Shown: positions 33,709 to 42,780 of the stretch, piece by piece
Layout: each line of letters starts with the position of its first letter
How positions within the stretch are numbered: position 1 is the first letter of the stretch
DNA from: a virus
Taxonomy: Duplodnaviria; Caudoviricetes
DNA length: 64,000 nt
Strand: one strand, 5' to 3'
IMG/VR virus record: IMGVR_UViG_3300024331_000061
Coordinates: 19,784-83,783 of that record
Program-made: the position numbers and the translations under genes
The notes under the pieces: generated by a model
What the model saw: the letters and a program-made list of their open reading frames with translations, nothing else
Databases searched by the model: none
Told to the model about the DNA's origin: nothing

Positions 33709-35289
33709 TTACCGCCATGCCTTCACGTTGGGCCGCTCGCGGTTCTCCTGAGCCTGGCTGAGCGTGTCATCCTGCGGCGCGAACCCGTCTTCGGTCCAGT
33801 CGCCCCCGGCCCTGGAGTAGGCACCGCCGTGCGCGCTGGCCAGGCGGCGGCGCATGCTGCTCACCCTGCCGCCGGGCTCTTCCTCGATGTCCGGGCCGTA
33901 CTCGGCCAGGTCCTGCATGCCAGCCCACTCCCGCTTGGTGGCGGGCACCAGCGGGCCGAAGGTAGCGTTCAGCCAGAAGTGGCAGCCCCACACCAGCGAG
34001 TCCAGCCTGTCTGGTGAGCGCTCCCCCTGGGCTCCGGTGAAGCTGCACATCTGGTCCTCAAGGTCTACGAAACGCTCGGTGTCGGTATGCCAGATCCTGT
34101 CTCCGCTGTCCGGGTCGGTGATCTGGTATGTGACGGACTTGTTGCAGTGCCGGACTATGCCGCGCTCATACAGGGCCGATACCGGCTCAGCACGGGTCCG
34201 CTTAGCCTGGCTGGCGTGTACCAGCTCGTAGGGGACACGGCCGGTCTCCTTCATGACCTGCTCGAATGTGGACTTCAGCCAGCCCCCGCCGTGGTTCTTC
34301 TCGATCACCAGGGTGGCGTGCAGCTCCTGGGCCTTCTTGATCACCCGCTTGGCGAACATCACCGGGGACTCCTGGCCGCCCCAGCTCTCTATGACGTAGA
34401 CGTGCGGGTCATCGACCTGCCCCCTGGCGACCACGGTGTACGCCTGCTCGTCGCTGTCCTCAGCCCCGTCACTGGGGTCCACGCCGATGTAGACCCTGGT
34501 CAGGAACGTCGGGCCGCCTTCCTCGCCCACGCCGGGGCACTGGATGGAATCGACCAGCTCGCGGGTCCACAGGGCGTTCGCCACGTCGTCCAGCAGCTCG
34601 CCCTCCAGCTCCTGGCGTTCGAGCCGGGTGCCCTTGGCCGCGCCGACGACAGCCCGGTAGAACGCCTCGGACAGGTTGGCGATGTTGTCGATGGTGCGCA
34701 GCCGCCGGGTGATCACGCCGCCGTGCTCGGGCTCGTTGCGGATCAGTGACCGGACCAGCTTGCGCGCCGGTCGGCTGACCTTGGGCGTGCCGGTGGCGAT
34801 GATCTTGGACACGCCCATCCGCACCGCGTACCGCAGCGATTCGCCCCAGGCCACTTCCCACTTCTGCCAGAGCCCGATTTCGTCGCACCAGGCCGCCTTC
34901 AGGTTGCGGCCCTGGATGCGCAGGCCGCCCTCGTCGGCGCTGTCCACGTAGATCACCACGCCGTTGTGCATGACCACCTGGCCGTAGGTGCGCCAGGCGC
35001 TGCGGACCAGCTTGGAGCGGTGGTCCTTGACCTCGGCCATGGAGGTCCCCAGCGCCCTCAGGATGCCGCTCTCGCCCTCCACGCACTTGGTCCAGGCGTC
35101 GGCGTAGGTCGGCGCGATGATGCCGTACTCGCCCTCTCCGTCGGTATCCATGAGCACGATGTCCGCCAGCCCCTGGGCACCGGCCCTGGTCTTGCCGCTG
35201 CCCCGGCCGCCCTGGAGGTAGAACACCCGCCACGGGTCCTCGATAGGCGGCAGCAGCTGCTCGGGCCTGCTGGTCGCGCGCCACCGCAC
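33709..35289 (-). CDS. Terminase large subunit (true start probably ~35364, see findings)
   Basis: Walker A GGRGSGKT, Walker B AWCDEI, nuclease IGVDP...D and SPDRLDSLVW. Confidence 0.93.
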   Translation of the reverse strand: MRWRATSRPEQLLPPIEDPWRVFYLQGGRGSGKTRAGAQGLADIVLMDTDGEGEYGIIAPTYADAWTKCVEGESGILRALGTSMAEVKDHRSKLVRSAWRTYGQVVMHNGVVIYVDSADEGGLRIQGRNLKAAWCDEIGLWQKWEVAWGESLRYAVRMGVSKIIATGTPKVSRPARKLVRSLIRNEPEHGGVITRRLRTIDNIANLSEAFYRAVVGAAKGTRLERQELEGELLDDVANALWTRELVDSIQCPGVGEEGGPTFLTRVYIGVDPSDGAEDSDEQAYTVVARGQVDDPHVYVIESWGGQESPVMFAKRVIKKAQELHATLVIEKNHGGGWLKSTFEQVMKETGRVPYELVHASQAKRTRAEPVSALYERGIVRHCNKSVTYQITDPDSGDRIWHTDTERFVDLEDQMCSFTGAQGERSPDRLDSLVWGCHFWLNATFGPLVPATKREWAGMQDLAEYGPDIEEEPGGRVSSMRRRLASAHGGAYSRAGGDWTEDGFAPQDDTLSQAQENRERPNVKAWR

Positions 35290-35367
35290 GCGCGGGTCCT
35301 CGCTGGGTTTGGACAGCTCATCTGACCAGCTCGCCAGGACGATCTCGTCAGCGGTGGCGGTGATGGC

Positions 35368-35613
35368 CTACTCCGGGCCTAGCTCCGGGGCCAGCGTGAC
35401 CACGGTCGGCGCGTCCACCAGCCCGGCCTTGTGCAGCCCGTCGCGGGTGCGGATGATCAGGTGCCCCAGCTCGTCCTTGCGCTCGGTCTGGAGGCTGTGC
35501 AGGATGTCGTCCTCGTGGCCGGTGATGACGTGCTCGCCGTCGGGCACGTCGCCGGTCGCAGTGACCGCGATGCTGCCGTTGTTGGACTTGATCGTGATCG
35601 TGTAGTCGCCCAT
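35368..35613 (-). CDS. Small hypothetical protein, in frame with and directly upstream of the terminase
   Basis: 81-aa ORF ending in TAG at 35368-35370. Confidence 0.6.
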   Translation of the reverse strand: MGDYTITIKSNNGSIAVTATGDVPDGEHVITGHEDDILHSLQTERKDELGHLIIRTRDGLHKAGLVDAPTVVTLAPELGPE

Positions 35614-35629
35614 CTGCCCAGGGTAACCC

Positions 35630-36403
35630 CTACTTGTGCAGCACGATGGTGATGATGATGGCGATCAGCGAAACCAGCATCGACGCGGCCATCAGGGAGA
35701 CCACCACGTTGCTGTTCCGCAGCCCCTTTTCCTCGCGGCCCTCCCCGGCAGACTCCTTGATGCCCCGCGTGCGTTCCTCGATCGACGTGAGCCGGGTCCG
35801 GGCGTCATCGATCTTGTCATCGAGGGCCTTGCGGCTGGCGCTGCCTACCTGGTCCAGCGCCCTGATCTGCTCCTTGGTGTTGGCCTCGGATACCGCGATG
35901 GCCGCCGTGTTCGACTTGTTCTGCTCCTGCACGGCCTCCTTGGCGGCGGACAGGGCCGCATCCACGGCGGTCTTGCTGGCAGCGAACTGCCCGTCGATCG
36001 CGGCGAACTTCTCAGTCAGCCGGACGGCGATGATCTCGATCTGGCTCATGATGAACTCGCGCTCAGCATCGTCCCGGCTGTCCCGCTCAGCCCGCAGCAG
36101 GCCGACGAACTTATCCAGCTCCCTGGCCGCCAGGGCGATGGCCGTGTCCATGCCGTCGAGCCGCTGCTCGATCAGGGCGCGGGCTGACTCCAGGTCCCCG
36201 GTGAACTCGCGGCGGCGGCTCTCCAGCGCCTCGCCCAGGGCAGTGAACCGGGCCTCGAACGTCTCGCGCAGCGCGGTCAGCTCGCGGCGGAACACCTCGG
36301 TGGCACGTTCGACCGCTTCGGTGGTGAGCGTGGTGGGGTCGGGGATCGGCACCCAGCCGCCCCCCGACGTACGTCCTGGCTGATCAGGCCCGCCGTCTGC
36401 CAT
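35630..36403 (-). CDS. Coiled-coil protein with C-terminal TM anchor
   Basis: 257 aa; long heptad-rich body and a hydrophobic C-terminus. Confidence 0.6.
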   Translation of the reverse strand: MADGGPDQPGRTSGGGWVPIPDPTTLTTEAVERATEVFRRELTALRETFEARFTALGEALESRRREFTGDLESARALIEQRLDGMDTAIALAARELDKFVGLLRAERDSRDDAEREFIMSQIEIIAVRLTEKFAAIDGQFAASKTAVDAALSAAKEAVQEQNKSNTAAIAVSEANTKEQIRALDQVGSASRKALDDKIDDARTRLTSIEERTRGIKESAGEGREEKGLRNSNVVVSLMAASMLVSLIAIIITIVLHK

Positions 36404-36454
36404 ACCTCAATTGTCACCGCAGGGCCTGACAATAACGAACAGCTCAGGTAACGC

Positions 36455-37132
36455 TCAGGCAACGACCTTGAGGTGCTTGCGGAACGTCTCGCGGGCGTGG
36501 CCCTTGCGGTCCAGTGGCACGCCCGAGTCCTCCAGGGCCAGGTCCAGCGCCCGGTCGAGCATCTCCATCGTCTGCTGCCGGATGCCTACCAGGCGGGCGT
36601 CCAGGTTGAGCCGCCCCGTGCTCAGCAGCACGCCGGACAGGTCGCGCAGCGCCTGGGTGTAGAGCGCCACGTCGGTCAGCATCTGCTCGCCGGTCTTGCC
36701 CGCGTAGCCGCGCCGGTTGAGCTTGGCCACTTCCTTGCGCAGGATGTCCTTCCACGTCTTCAGCTCGCCTATGACGGCCATCAGCTCGCCGTAGGGGTCC
36801 GTCACCGGATCGGGGTGCTCCAGGTCCGCAGCGTGCTGCTCGATGATCTCCTGGGCGCGCTCAGGCATCCTGCCGTGCAGCAGGGCCAGGCTGACCTTCG
36901 CCAGCTGGGCTGGCTTGTGCTTGGAGCACGCGGGCGGGTCGGTGCCCTCTGCGGCCAGCTCGGTGCAGACGCCGTGGCGGCACCGCTTCACCCCGGTGAC
37001 CGCCTCGGCTTCCTCCAGCATCGACGCGGGCATGTGCCGCAGGCAGAACTCCATGCCCTCCACCTCGTACCGCTGGCAGCGCCGCCCGCCAGCGTCCGAG
37101 TCGATGCACCGTACTGAGCCGAGGTTCCGCAT
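36455..37132 (-). CDS. Putative terminase small subunit
   Basis: Start reassigned to ATG 37132; two C-x8-C-x9-C-x2-H-like knuckles followed by a helical region; upstream of the large terminase. Confidence 0.5.
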   Translation of the reverse strand: MRNLGSVRCIDSDAGGRRCQRYEVEGMEFCLRHMPASMLEEAEAVTGVKRCRHGVCTELAAEGTDPPACSKHKPAQLAKVSLALLHGRMPERAQEIIEQHAADLEHPDPVTDPYGELMAVIGELKTWKDILRKEVAKLNRRGYAGKTGEQMLTDVALYTQALRDLSGVLLSTGRLNLDARLVGIRQQTMEMLDRALDLALEDSGVPLDRKGHARETFRKHLKVVA

Positions 37133-37268
37133 GTGCTCATTGTGCACGACAAACGCCCCGGCGCGGCGGCACCGGGGCGTCTGCGGCTCGCGCAGCTGGC
37201 GAGGCACCGGGCGGTCCAGGTGCCTGGAGCGGCCAGCTATCCCACTCGCGCGAGCTAAATCGTCGTGA

Positions 37269-37937
37269 CTAGGAGTTGTTCTTGCCCCAGAGCTGGCCAG
37301 TGCGGCTGTGGTCGATGGCGAACTTGACCTGGATGCGGGCACCCTTGACGCCGATCGAGCCGTTGTTGGCCGGGTTGGTCATCACGAGGTGGTTGATCGG
37401 CTCGGTGTAGCTGACGAACTGGCCGTCAGCTGCGCCGAAGTCGGTCACGTTGAAGGTCTGCCAGGGGTTGAACTTGTTGGCGACCGTGTTGCAGACCCGG
37501 AGCTGCGCCGTGGCGAAGCCGTTGGGGTTCACCGAGGACAGGCACAGCCCGGAGCGGACGCCGAGCGGCGCGAACTCCAGGCTCACGGCGCTGCTGGTGA
37601 CGCCGAACCTGTCGGTCAGCGTGGTGGTCGTGGTGATGGCACCGACATTGGCGGTCGAGGTGTCCGTGGTCAGGTGCGTCACGACCACCCAGTCCTCTGC
37701 CTTGTCGGTGGCCGACCGGGTGAAGACGATGATCGGGTTGCCGACGACCTTGGCCGCGCCCTGCACGTCGAGGTCGGGCCGGTTCGGCACCTCGGACTGG
37801 ATGCTGCGGCAACCGTTGAGCGCGATGTCGCATGCGTGCGTGCTGGCGTTCGCCGTGCCGGACAGGCCGACGGCCAGGCCGCCAGCTACCAGCACCGAGC
37901 CAGCCAGGATGGCCAGCCTCTTGTTCCTGCGCTTCAT
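37269..37937 (-). CDS. Secreted protein with ricin-B-lectin-like domain
   Basis: Signal peptide MKRRNKRLAILAGSVLVAGG...ANA; GLCL...LRVC...WQ-x-F and Q-x-W motifs. Confidence 0.6.
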   Translation of the reverse strand: MKRRNKRLAILAGSVLVAGGLAVGLSGTANASTHACDIALNGCRSIQSEVPNRPDLDVQGAAKVVGNPIIVFTRSATDKAEDWVVVTHLTTDTSTANVGAITTTTTLTDRFGVTSSAVSLEFAPLGVRSGLCLSSVNPNGFATAQLRVCNTVANKFNPWQTFNVTDFGAADGQFVSYTEPINHLVMTNPANNGSIGVKGARIQVKFAIDHSRTGQLWGKNNS

Positions 37938-38000
37938 CGTGATCCTTTCGTCATCGTGAGGGCGATCCCCCCACACTTATCGCCCGATTCACACGGGACT

Positions 38001-38474
38001 CTACACCCGGAACGCCATGGTGGGAGCCCACCAGCCGCTCCAGGAGTGCCACCACACCCGTGTACCAGTTTGCTGGGCTCCGAAGGAGGTGTGGTGCCAG
38101 ATCGTTGCGAACTCGACATGCCCGGACCCGAAGAACAGCAGGTCACCGCGCTGGGCCTGGCTGACCGGGACCACACGGGCGTGGGCGTACAGCCAGGCGA
38201 TCATGGCATAGGTGGTGCGGACGGAGGACGGCCAGTGCGGGTTCGTATGCAGCATCGAGGCGTACACCAGGCCCGAGCAGTCGAATACCGCCGGGCCGGT
38301 TCCGCCCCAGCCGTACCAGTGCCCGGCTCCGTGGGCCTCGGCCCAGTTGAGCGCCGCGTTGCCGTAGCTGGTGCTGGCCTGGGCTGGCTGGGTGTGGACT
38401 ACCGCCGTCGCTAGCCCGGTCACCATGGCCACCGCAGCGATCGTGCGCGCAATGCGCGCGTAATTGATGCGCAT
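38001..38474 (-). CDS. Secreted NlpC/P60 peptidoglycan endopeptidase
   Basis: Signal peptide (...AQA), YGWGGTGP-x-x-FDCSGL, GDLLFF-x-x-GHV. Confidence 0.85.
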   Translation of the reverse strand: MRINYARIARTIAAVAMVTGLATAVVHTQPAQASTSYGNAALNWAEAHGAGHWYGWGGTGPAVFDCSGLVYASMLHTNPHWPSSVRTTYAMIAWLYAHARVVPVSQAQRGDLLFFGSGHVEFATIWHHTSFGAQQTGTRVWWHSWSGWWAPTMAFRV

Positions 38475-38476
38475 GG

Positions 38477-39361
38477 TCAGCACCCGTCGTAGGGGGACCA
38501 GTTGTTCTGCCCGCCCTGCGCCATCGCATTGTTGAAGATCTGCGTCTGGTAGCTGGCGCTGGCGTGGCCGAAGCTCGACGCGCTGCCGCCGTATGCCTGC
38601 CAGGTACTGGCGCTGAACTGGTAGAGGCCGTAGTGGCCGCTGGAGTTCATGACCTGCGAGTTCCCGCCGCTCTCGCGGGTGATCACGCACTGCTGGAAGC
38701 CGCTGTAGTTGTGCGGGTTCACGTTGCCCATGCCGCCGCCCGAGCTGACGGTGACCGCCCGGTGGATGACCGTGCTGCCGCCGCCGTGCAGCAGCGAGCA
38801 GGGCATGTCGTGGGCTCCGTCGCCGTCGCCGTCGCCGCAGCCGTACTGCGTGTTGCCGTCGAATTGATCGCGGTGGCCGCCGCTGGCGGACAGCACCGCC
38901 TGCTGCGGGTGCCAGCGCTGCTGCGGCGGGTCGGCGTACTTCAGCTGGGACGGCAGGTACTGGCAGCTGATCGCCAGCTCCTGGCCCGTGCTGATCATGT
39001 TCGCGTTCTTGCCGGTCAGGTGGGCGGCGCGGCTGGCGGCGTAGATGCCGGTCCAGTCACGGGCCTGGCCGTGGCACTGCTCGTCCGCGATCGAGGACAT
39101 CGACTGGCCCGCCTTGACCTGGTAGGTCAGCAGGGCCGCGTCGGACTGCTGGCGGGTGGCCGCCAGGATGTGCCGGAAGCTGAGCTGCATCGCCAGCTTG
39201 TCGGGTCCGGCCGGGACGGACGGGCCGGGGAGGGTTTGCGCCTGGGCGGCGCGGGAAGGCAGGAACACCATGACGAGCGCAGCCAGCCCGGTGAGGGCGA
39301 AAATAACCCCGCCAGCTGCTTGTTTCGTTACCTGCCAGAGGTGCGTGACACGTATCTTCAC
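38477..39361 (-). CDS. Secreted LysM + resuscitation-promoting-factor (Rpf)-like lytic transglycosylase
   Basis: N-terminal hydrophobic signal; LysM (YQVKAGQSMSSIA...W-x-x-IY-x-x...I-x-x-GQ-x-L); Rpf core CVITRESGG...GLYQF-x-x-STW...Q...QG-x-x-x-W-x-x-C. Confidence 0.85.
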   Translation of the reverse strand: MKIRVTHLWQVTKQAAGGVIFALTGLAALVMVFLPSRAAQAQTLPGPSVPAGPDKLAMQLSFRHILAATRQQSDAALLTYQVKAGQSMSSIADEQCHGQARDWTGIYAASRAAHLTGKNANMISTGQELAISCQYLPSQLKYADPPQQRWHPQQAVLSASGGHRDQFDGNTQYGCGDGDGDGAHDMPCSLLHGGGSTVIHRAVTVSSGGGMGNVNPHNYSGFQQCVITRESGGNSQVMNSSGHYGLYQFSASTWQAYGGSASSFGHASASYQTQIFNNAMAQGGQNNWSPYDGC

Positions 39362-39426
39362 CGTTATCCTTCTGCCAGAGCGGTCGCTTCACCGGGGGGC
39401 TTCCTAAGGCGCAAACCCGGCTAGGC

Positions 39427-39438
39427 GCTGTCTACAGC
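39427..39438. promoter_or_regulatory. Palindromic operator TGT-NN-ACA
   Basis: GCTGTCTACAGC; one of 7 intergenic copies. Confidence 0.5.
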
Positions 39439-39472
39439 AAAGCCCAGGTCGCGGTTGCTACCTGGGCTTTGC
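39437..39472. terminator. Intrinsic terminator-like hairpin
   Basis: 13-bp inverted repeat GCAAAGCCCAGGT/ACCTGGGCTTTGC with a 10-nt loop, between the early leftward genes and the rpf gene. Confidence 0.6.
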
Positions 39473-39583
39473 CAAGCGTTCAATAGGCCGCTAGCTAGCG
39501 GCCTGCCTACTCAGCAGACGTGAACGCATGGCAAGCAGCAGCCTAAACCTGCTGCCGGGCCATACGTCAAGGATCTCGGGGGT

Positions 39584-39883
39584 TTACTGCGCGTGCCGCC
39601 AGATGCACAGGCGCGGGATGCACCGGCCGAGGTTGTGAAAATACAGGCTGACCTGCTCAGACGTGTAGCACAGGGTGCAGCCCTCGTCCGCTCCCTTCTT
39701 GTGCAGGGGACAGCGGATGCTGACCAGCGGAGCTGGCTTGGCCATGGTTCCTCCCTCCGCGCACTCATAGCGCCCGGTCCTGGTGTGATACCAGCCGCGT
39801 ACCGTGACGTGGCCGAACTCGTGTCTCTCGAATGCCGTGCAGTCGCGGATCTGCTCCTTGCATTCGGTGCAGGTGATGATCAC
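39584..39883 (-). CDS. Cys-rich hypothetical protein
   Basis: 99 aa with CxxC and C/H clusters; ATGA overlap. Confidence 0.55.
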   Translation of the reverse strand: MIITCTECKEQIRDCTAFERHEFGHVTVRGWYHTRTGRYECAEGGTMAKPAPLVSIRCPLHKKGADEGCTLCYTSEQVSLYFHNLGRCIPRLCIWRHAQ

Positions 39884-40491
39884 CAGTTGCTGATGCCGTA
39901 GATGACCGCCAGCCCGAACAGGCAGGCGGCCAGAGTCTGGGCGATCTCGGTCGGGATGGCCAGCATGATCAGGCCCATGGTGACGAACACCCCGACAGCC
40001 CGGCGGTCGCTGCGCCGCCGCTGGATGGGTGACCTGGCTGGCCTGGCTGGCTCCCTGAGCGCCGCCCTGACCGCCTGCCTGGTCTGCTCGGGCGTCTTCG
40101 GGACGGGCAGCGGCGGGAGCGTGCGCAGCTCATCGCAGTAGACGCACAGCGGCTGCACGTCCGGCCCGATCACCAGCGTCTGCGTCCCGCAGCGGTCGCA
40201 GGTGCCATCGCGCCACTGGCGCTTGGCCGTGGCCAGTGCACCATCTGGTGCACCAGCCTCTTCCAGGATGACCCTGGCTACCGTGCCGTCAGCTATCGCG
40301 CGCCGGATCTTGCGCAGCTCGGCCTCGTCCGGGGGACGCCCGTAGCTGCGGTCCCGGTGCGTCCGGCTCGGGCTGTCCGGGCAGTAGCCGTAGTTGCCGT
40401 GGCCGTCCGCCTCACGCAGCATGTTGCCGAGGGAGCCCGGCTGAAGCTCGCCGCCGCAGTAGTAGCAGCGCCTCAGGGAAGCCTTCGCCAT
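39880..40491 (-). CDS. Zn-finger membrane-anchored hypothetical protein
   Basis: CYYC, CDRC and CVYC motifs; two C-terminal hydrophobic helices. Confidence 0.55.
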   Translation of the reverse strand: MAKASLRRCYYCGGELQPGSLGNMLREADGHGNYGYCPDSPSRTHRDRSYGRPPDEAELRKIRRAIADGTVARVILEEAGAPDGALATAKRQWRDGTCDRCGTQTLVIGPDVQPLCVYCDELRTLPPLPVPKTPEQTRQAVRAALREPARPARSPIQRRRSDRRAVGVFVTMGLIMLAIPTEIAQTLAACLFGLAVIYGISNW

Positions 40492-40745
40492 TGCAGGTCC
40501 TCCCCCAGCTCGAACGCCAGCCCCGGCTCGTCCGTGGCCCGGATGACCGTCCCGGCTGGCTCCCCCGTGCTGATCGCCATGGCGTCAATGATCCCGCTCT
40601 TGCGGACGTTCAGCACGTTGCGCTGCTGCGTTTCGTCAAGCTCGGCGGTGAGCCGGGCCACCTCGGCGCGCAGCTCGCCGTTCTCAGCCCGCAAGCGGTC
40701 ATAATCCGCCAGCTTGCGGGCGTCCTCTGGCCAGTTGACCATCAC
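40473..40745 (-). CDS. Hypothetical coiled-coil protein
   Basis: 90-aa ORF in the leftward operon. Confidence 0.5.
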   Translation of the reverse strand: MMVNWPEDARKLADYDRLRAENGELRAEVARLTAELDETQQRNVLNVRKSGIIDAMAISTGEPAGTVIRATDEPGLAFELGEDLQWRRLP

Positions 40746-41347
40746 ATGCCCTTCGGCCCCAGCTTGTCGAGGTCGATCTCGCCGCCGTCCTCGGGCTCAG
40801 GCCGGGCATGCCGGGGGTGGCCCTCTTCGTGCTGGGCGATCTGGTCGGCCATGTGGGCCATCATCGTGAGCAGCTGGTCCGATGCCTCCAGGCGCTCCTG
40901 GGTGACGTTCTCGCCCGCCTTGACATCGGGGCGGGTCTCGTCCAGCCAGGCCCGGAAGGCGTCAGCGGCCTCGGGCACGGTGTGCAGGTGCTCGATGGCG
41001 AAGCTGGCCAGCGCCAGCGCTCCCGCGCTCTGCGCCGCGCCCTCATCGATCTGCGGGACGGGGATCACCATGGTCTGGTGCGGTCCCCGCATCGCCTCGG
41101 CCACGCGCTCCAGCACGCTGGCCGCGTGGCCCTTGCCCGCCATGGCGCGCTTGGCCATCGTCATGACAGCCAGGTCAGTCAGGCTCAGCGAGTGCTCGCT
41201 GATGTTCTGCTCGGGCAGCGGTGCCCCGTTCTCCTTGGCGTAGACGCGGACCCGCTCGATCAGCTCAGGGTCGCTCTGGATGAGGCTGATGCACATGGAG
41301 GCCACGACCAGGGCCGATGCCTCGGCCCTGTCGATGCGGGTGGTCAT
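40742..41347 (-). CDS. Hypothetical protein
   Basis: 201-aa ORF with ATGA overlaps. Confidence 0.6.
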   Translation of the reverse strand: MTTRIDRAEASALVVASMCISLIQSDPELIERVRVYAKENGAPLPEQNISEHSLSLTDLAVMTMAKRAMAGKGHAASVLERVAEAMRGPHQTMVIPVPQIDEGAAQSAGALALASFAIEHLHTVPEAADAFRAWLDETRPDVKAGENVTQERLEASDQLLTMMAHMADQIAQHEEGHPRHARPEPEDGGEIDLDKLGPKGM

Positions 41348-41694
41348 GATGCGTGCTCCTTCTCGGTGTCAACAGCCTCGCGCAGCCGCTTCACGGCTGC
41401 TCGCTCGTAGGGGGTGAGGGTGACCTGGTTCTCGACGCGGGGCAGGATCAGGTCGATGTCGGAGACCGCCTTGCCGGTGAGGCCGGTGCGGCCCTCCAGC
41501 CAGGCCGCCGGGAGGCGGCCCTGGTGGCTCATGTGGTAGTCGAGCGCGGCAGCCGAGCTGGTCGCGCGCTCGGCTGCCTCGGTCTCGGCGCTGATGGTGC
41601 TGGCGGACTCCCAGTCGTGGATGCCCTGCCGCTGGCCCTCCAGCATGTCCTCGGGCTCGGTCTGCTCGTGACGGCCCTGGTACGGCTCAGGCAT
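41344..41694 (-). CDS. Hypothetical protein
   Basis: 116-aa ORF coupled to its neighbours. Confidence 0.55.
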   Translation of the reverse strand: MPEPYQGRHEQTEPEDMLEGQRQGIHDWESASTISAETEAAERATSSAAALDYHMSHQGRLPAAWLEGRTGLTGKAVSDIDLILPRVENQVTLTPYERAAVKRLREAVDTEKEHAS

Positions 41695-42175
41695 CGCGCG
41701 CCGCCTTGTCCCGCTCGGCCTCGGCCGCCTTCTTCAGGCTGTCCAGCTTCAGCGGGCGCAGGTACAGGTTCAGGTCGGCCTGGGCCTTGTTGCGGGCCTT
41801 GGTGAGCCGTTCCACCTCGGCGGCCTCGGCGTCGGTCAGGCGGCGGGTCACGTCGCCGTGACTGGACCAGCTGGCCAGCTGCTCGGTGTCGCCGCTGTCC
41901 CACTTGACCAGGATGTTGCCGCTGGTCGCGTGGAAGCCGGTCACCTTGCCGTGCTGCACCCGGCCGTCGGCCTGGAGCCGGGTGAACGGGAACTCGAACT
42001 TCGTCTTGATCTTGCGTGCCTTGCGCTCCAGCTCAGCGAAGCTCGTCGCGTCCAGCCGGATGCTCCCGTGACCCGCGCCGGGCGTCTCGATCGTGACGTA
42101 GAACTTCCCGGTCTCGTCGCTGATATCGACCGGGAGGTCCTTCCCGGCCACGCTGATGGTGAGTGCGGTCCTCAT
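41687..42175 (-). CDS. Hypothetical protein, paralog B
   Basis: Start reassigned to ATG 42175 (MRTALTISVAGK); similar to 42172..42651. Confidence 0.65.
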   Translation of the reverse strand: MRTALTISVAGKDLPVDISDETGKFYVTIETPGAGHGSIRLDATSFAELERKARKIKTKFEFPFTRLQADGRVQHGKVTGFHATSGNILVKWDSGDTEQLASWSSHGDVTRRLTDAEAAEVERLTKARNKAQADLNLYLRPLKLDSLKKAAEAERDKAARDA

Positions 42176-42651
42176 GCCGACAGCCCTCCTGCCAGCCGCC
42201 TGGCCTCGTCGGCCGCATCGCGCACCGACTCGAACTGGCGAGCGCTCACGAAGTCGTTCCACGCCTTCTGGGCGTCACGAACGTCCGCGATGAGCTTGCG
42301 CAGCTCGGCCTTGTCCTCGTCGGACAGGCGCGGCATCGCGTCGTTGATGCTGCTGCTGCTGTAGGTCTGCTCGGTCTTGCCGCTGGCCCAGCGGATGAGC
42401 ATGTTGCCGTTGGTGGCGTGGAAGCCCGTGACCATGCCGTCCTGGCCGATCCGGTTGGTGAACGGAAGCTCGAAGCGCACCAGGCGCAGGTCGGCCACCT
42501 TCTGCTCCAGCTGGCGGAAGCTGTCTGCGCTCACGTCGTTCTCTTCGCCCAGGTGCAGCGTGAACGTCGCCTTGTCCCACTCCTTGGGGTGCGTCTCCAG
42601 GTGCACCGGGAACGCCTTGCCGCTGACCGTGATGGTCAGGCCGGTATCCAT
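42172..42651 (-). CDS. Hypothetical protein, paralog A
   Basis: 159 aa; shares SF-x-x-LE-x-K, FE-x-PFT and G-x-VTGFHAT-x-GN-x-L-x-x-W-x-SG-x-TEQ with the downstream gene. Confidence 0.65.
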   Translation of the reverse strand: MDTGLTITVSGKAFPVHLETHPKEWDKATFTLHLGEENDVSADSFRQLEQKVADLRLVRFELPFTNRIGQDGMVTGFHATNGNMLIRWASGKTEQTYSSSSINDAMPRLSDEDKAELRKLIADVRDAQKAWNDFVSARQFESVRDAADEARRLAGGLSA

Positions 42652-42688
42652 CGTTATCGTCTCCTTGATCGTCGTCCGCGTTTCGCGG

Positions 42689-42700
42689 GGTGTTTACATC
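42689..42700. promoter_or_regulatory. Palindromic operator TGT-NN-ACA
   Basis: GGTGTTTACATC in a divergent intergenic region. Confidence 0.55.
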
Positions 42701-42780
42701 CTACTACAACCTACTCTGAAGCCAGCCGATTCCCCAGCTGCTCCAGTCCCCGGCGGCCAGTCTGCCAGGAGGTGCAGCTC

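Noticed and set aside
231-37959. Many long plus-strand ORFs opposite the structural genes (e.g. 607 aa at 8014, 516 aa at 24577, 646 aa at 31304)
   Set aside because: Shadow ORFs of high-GC minus-strand genes, with no SD or recognisable motifs.
39391-39426. c-di-AMP (ydaO) riboswitch upstream of the rpf gene
   Set aside because: Only a short CCGGGG...AACCCGG-x-TAGGC resemblance, on the strand opposite to the gene, and the conserved core is missing.
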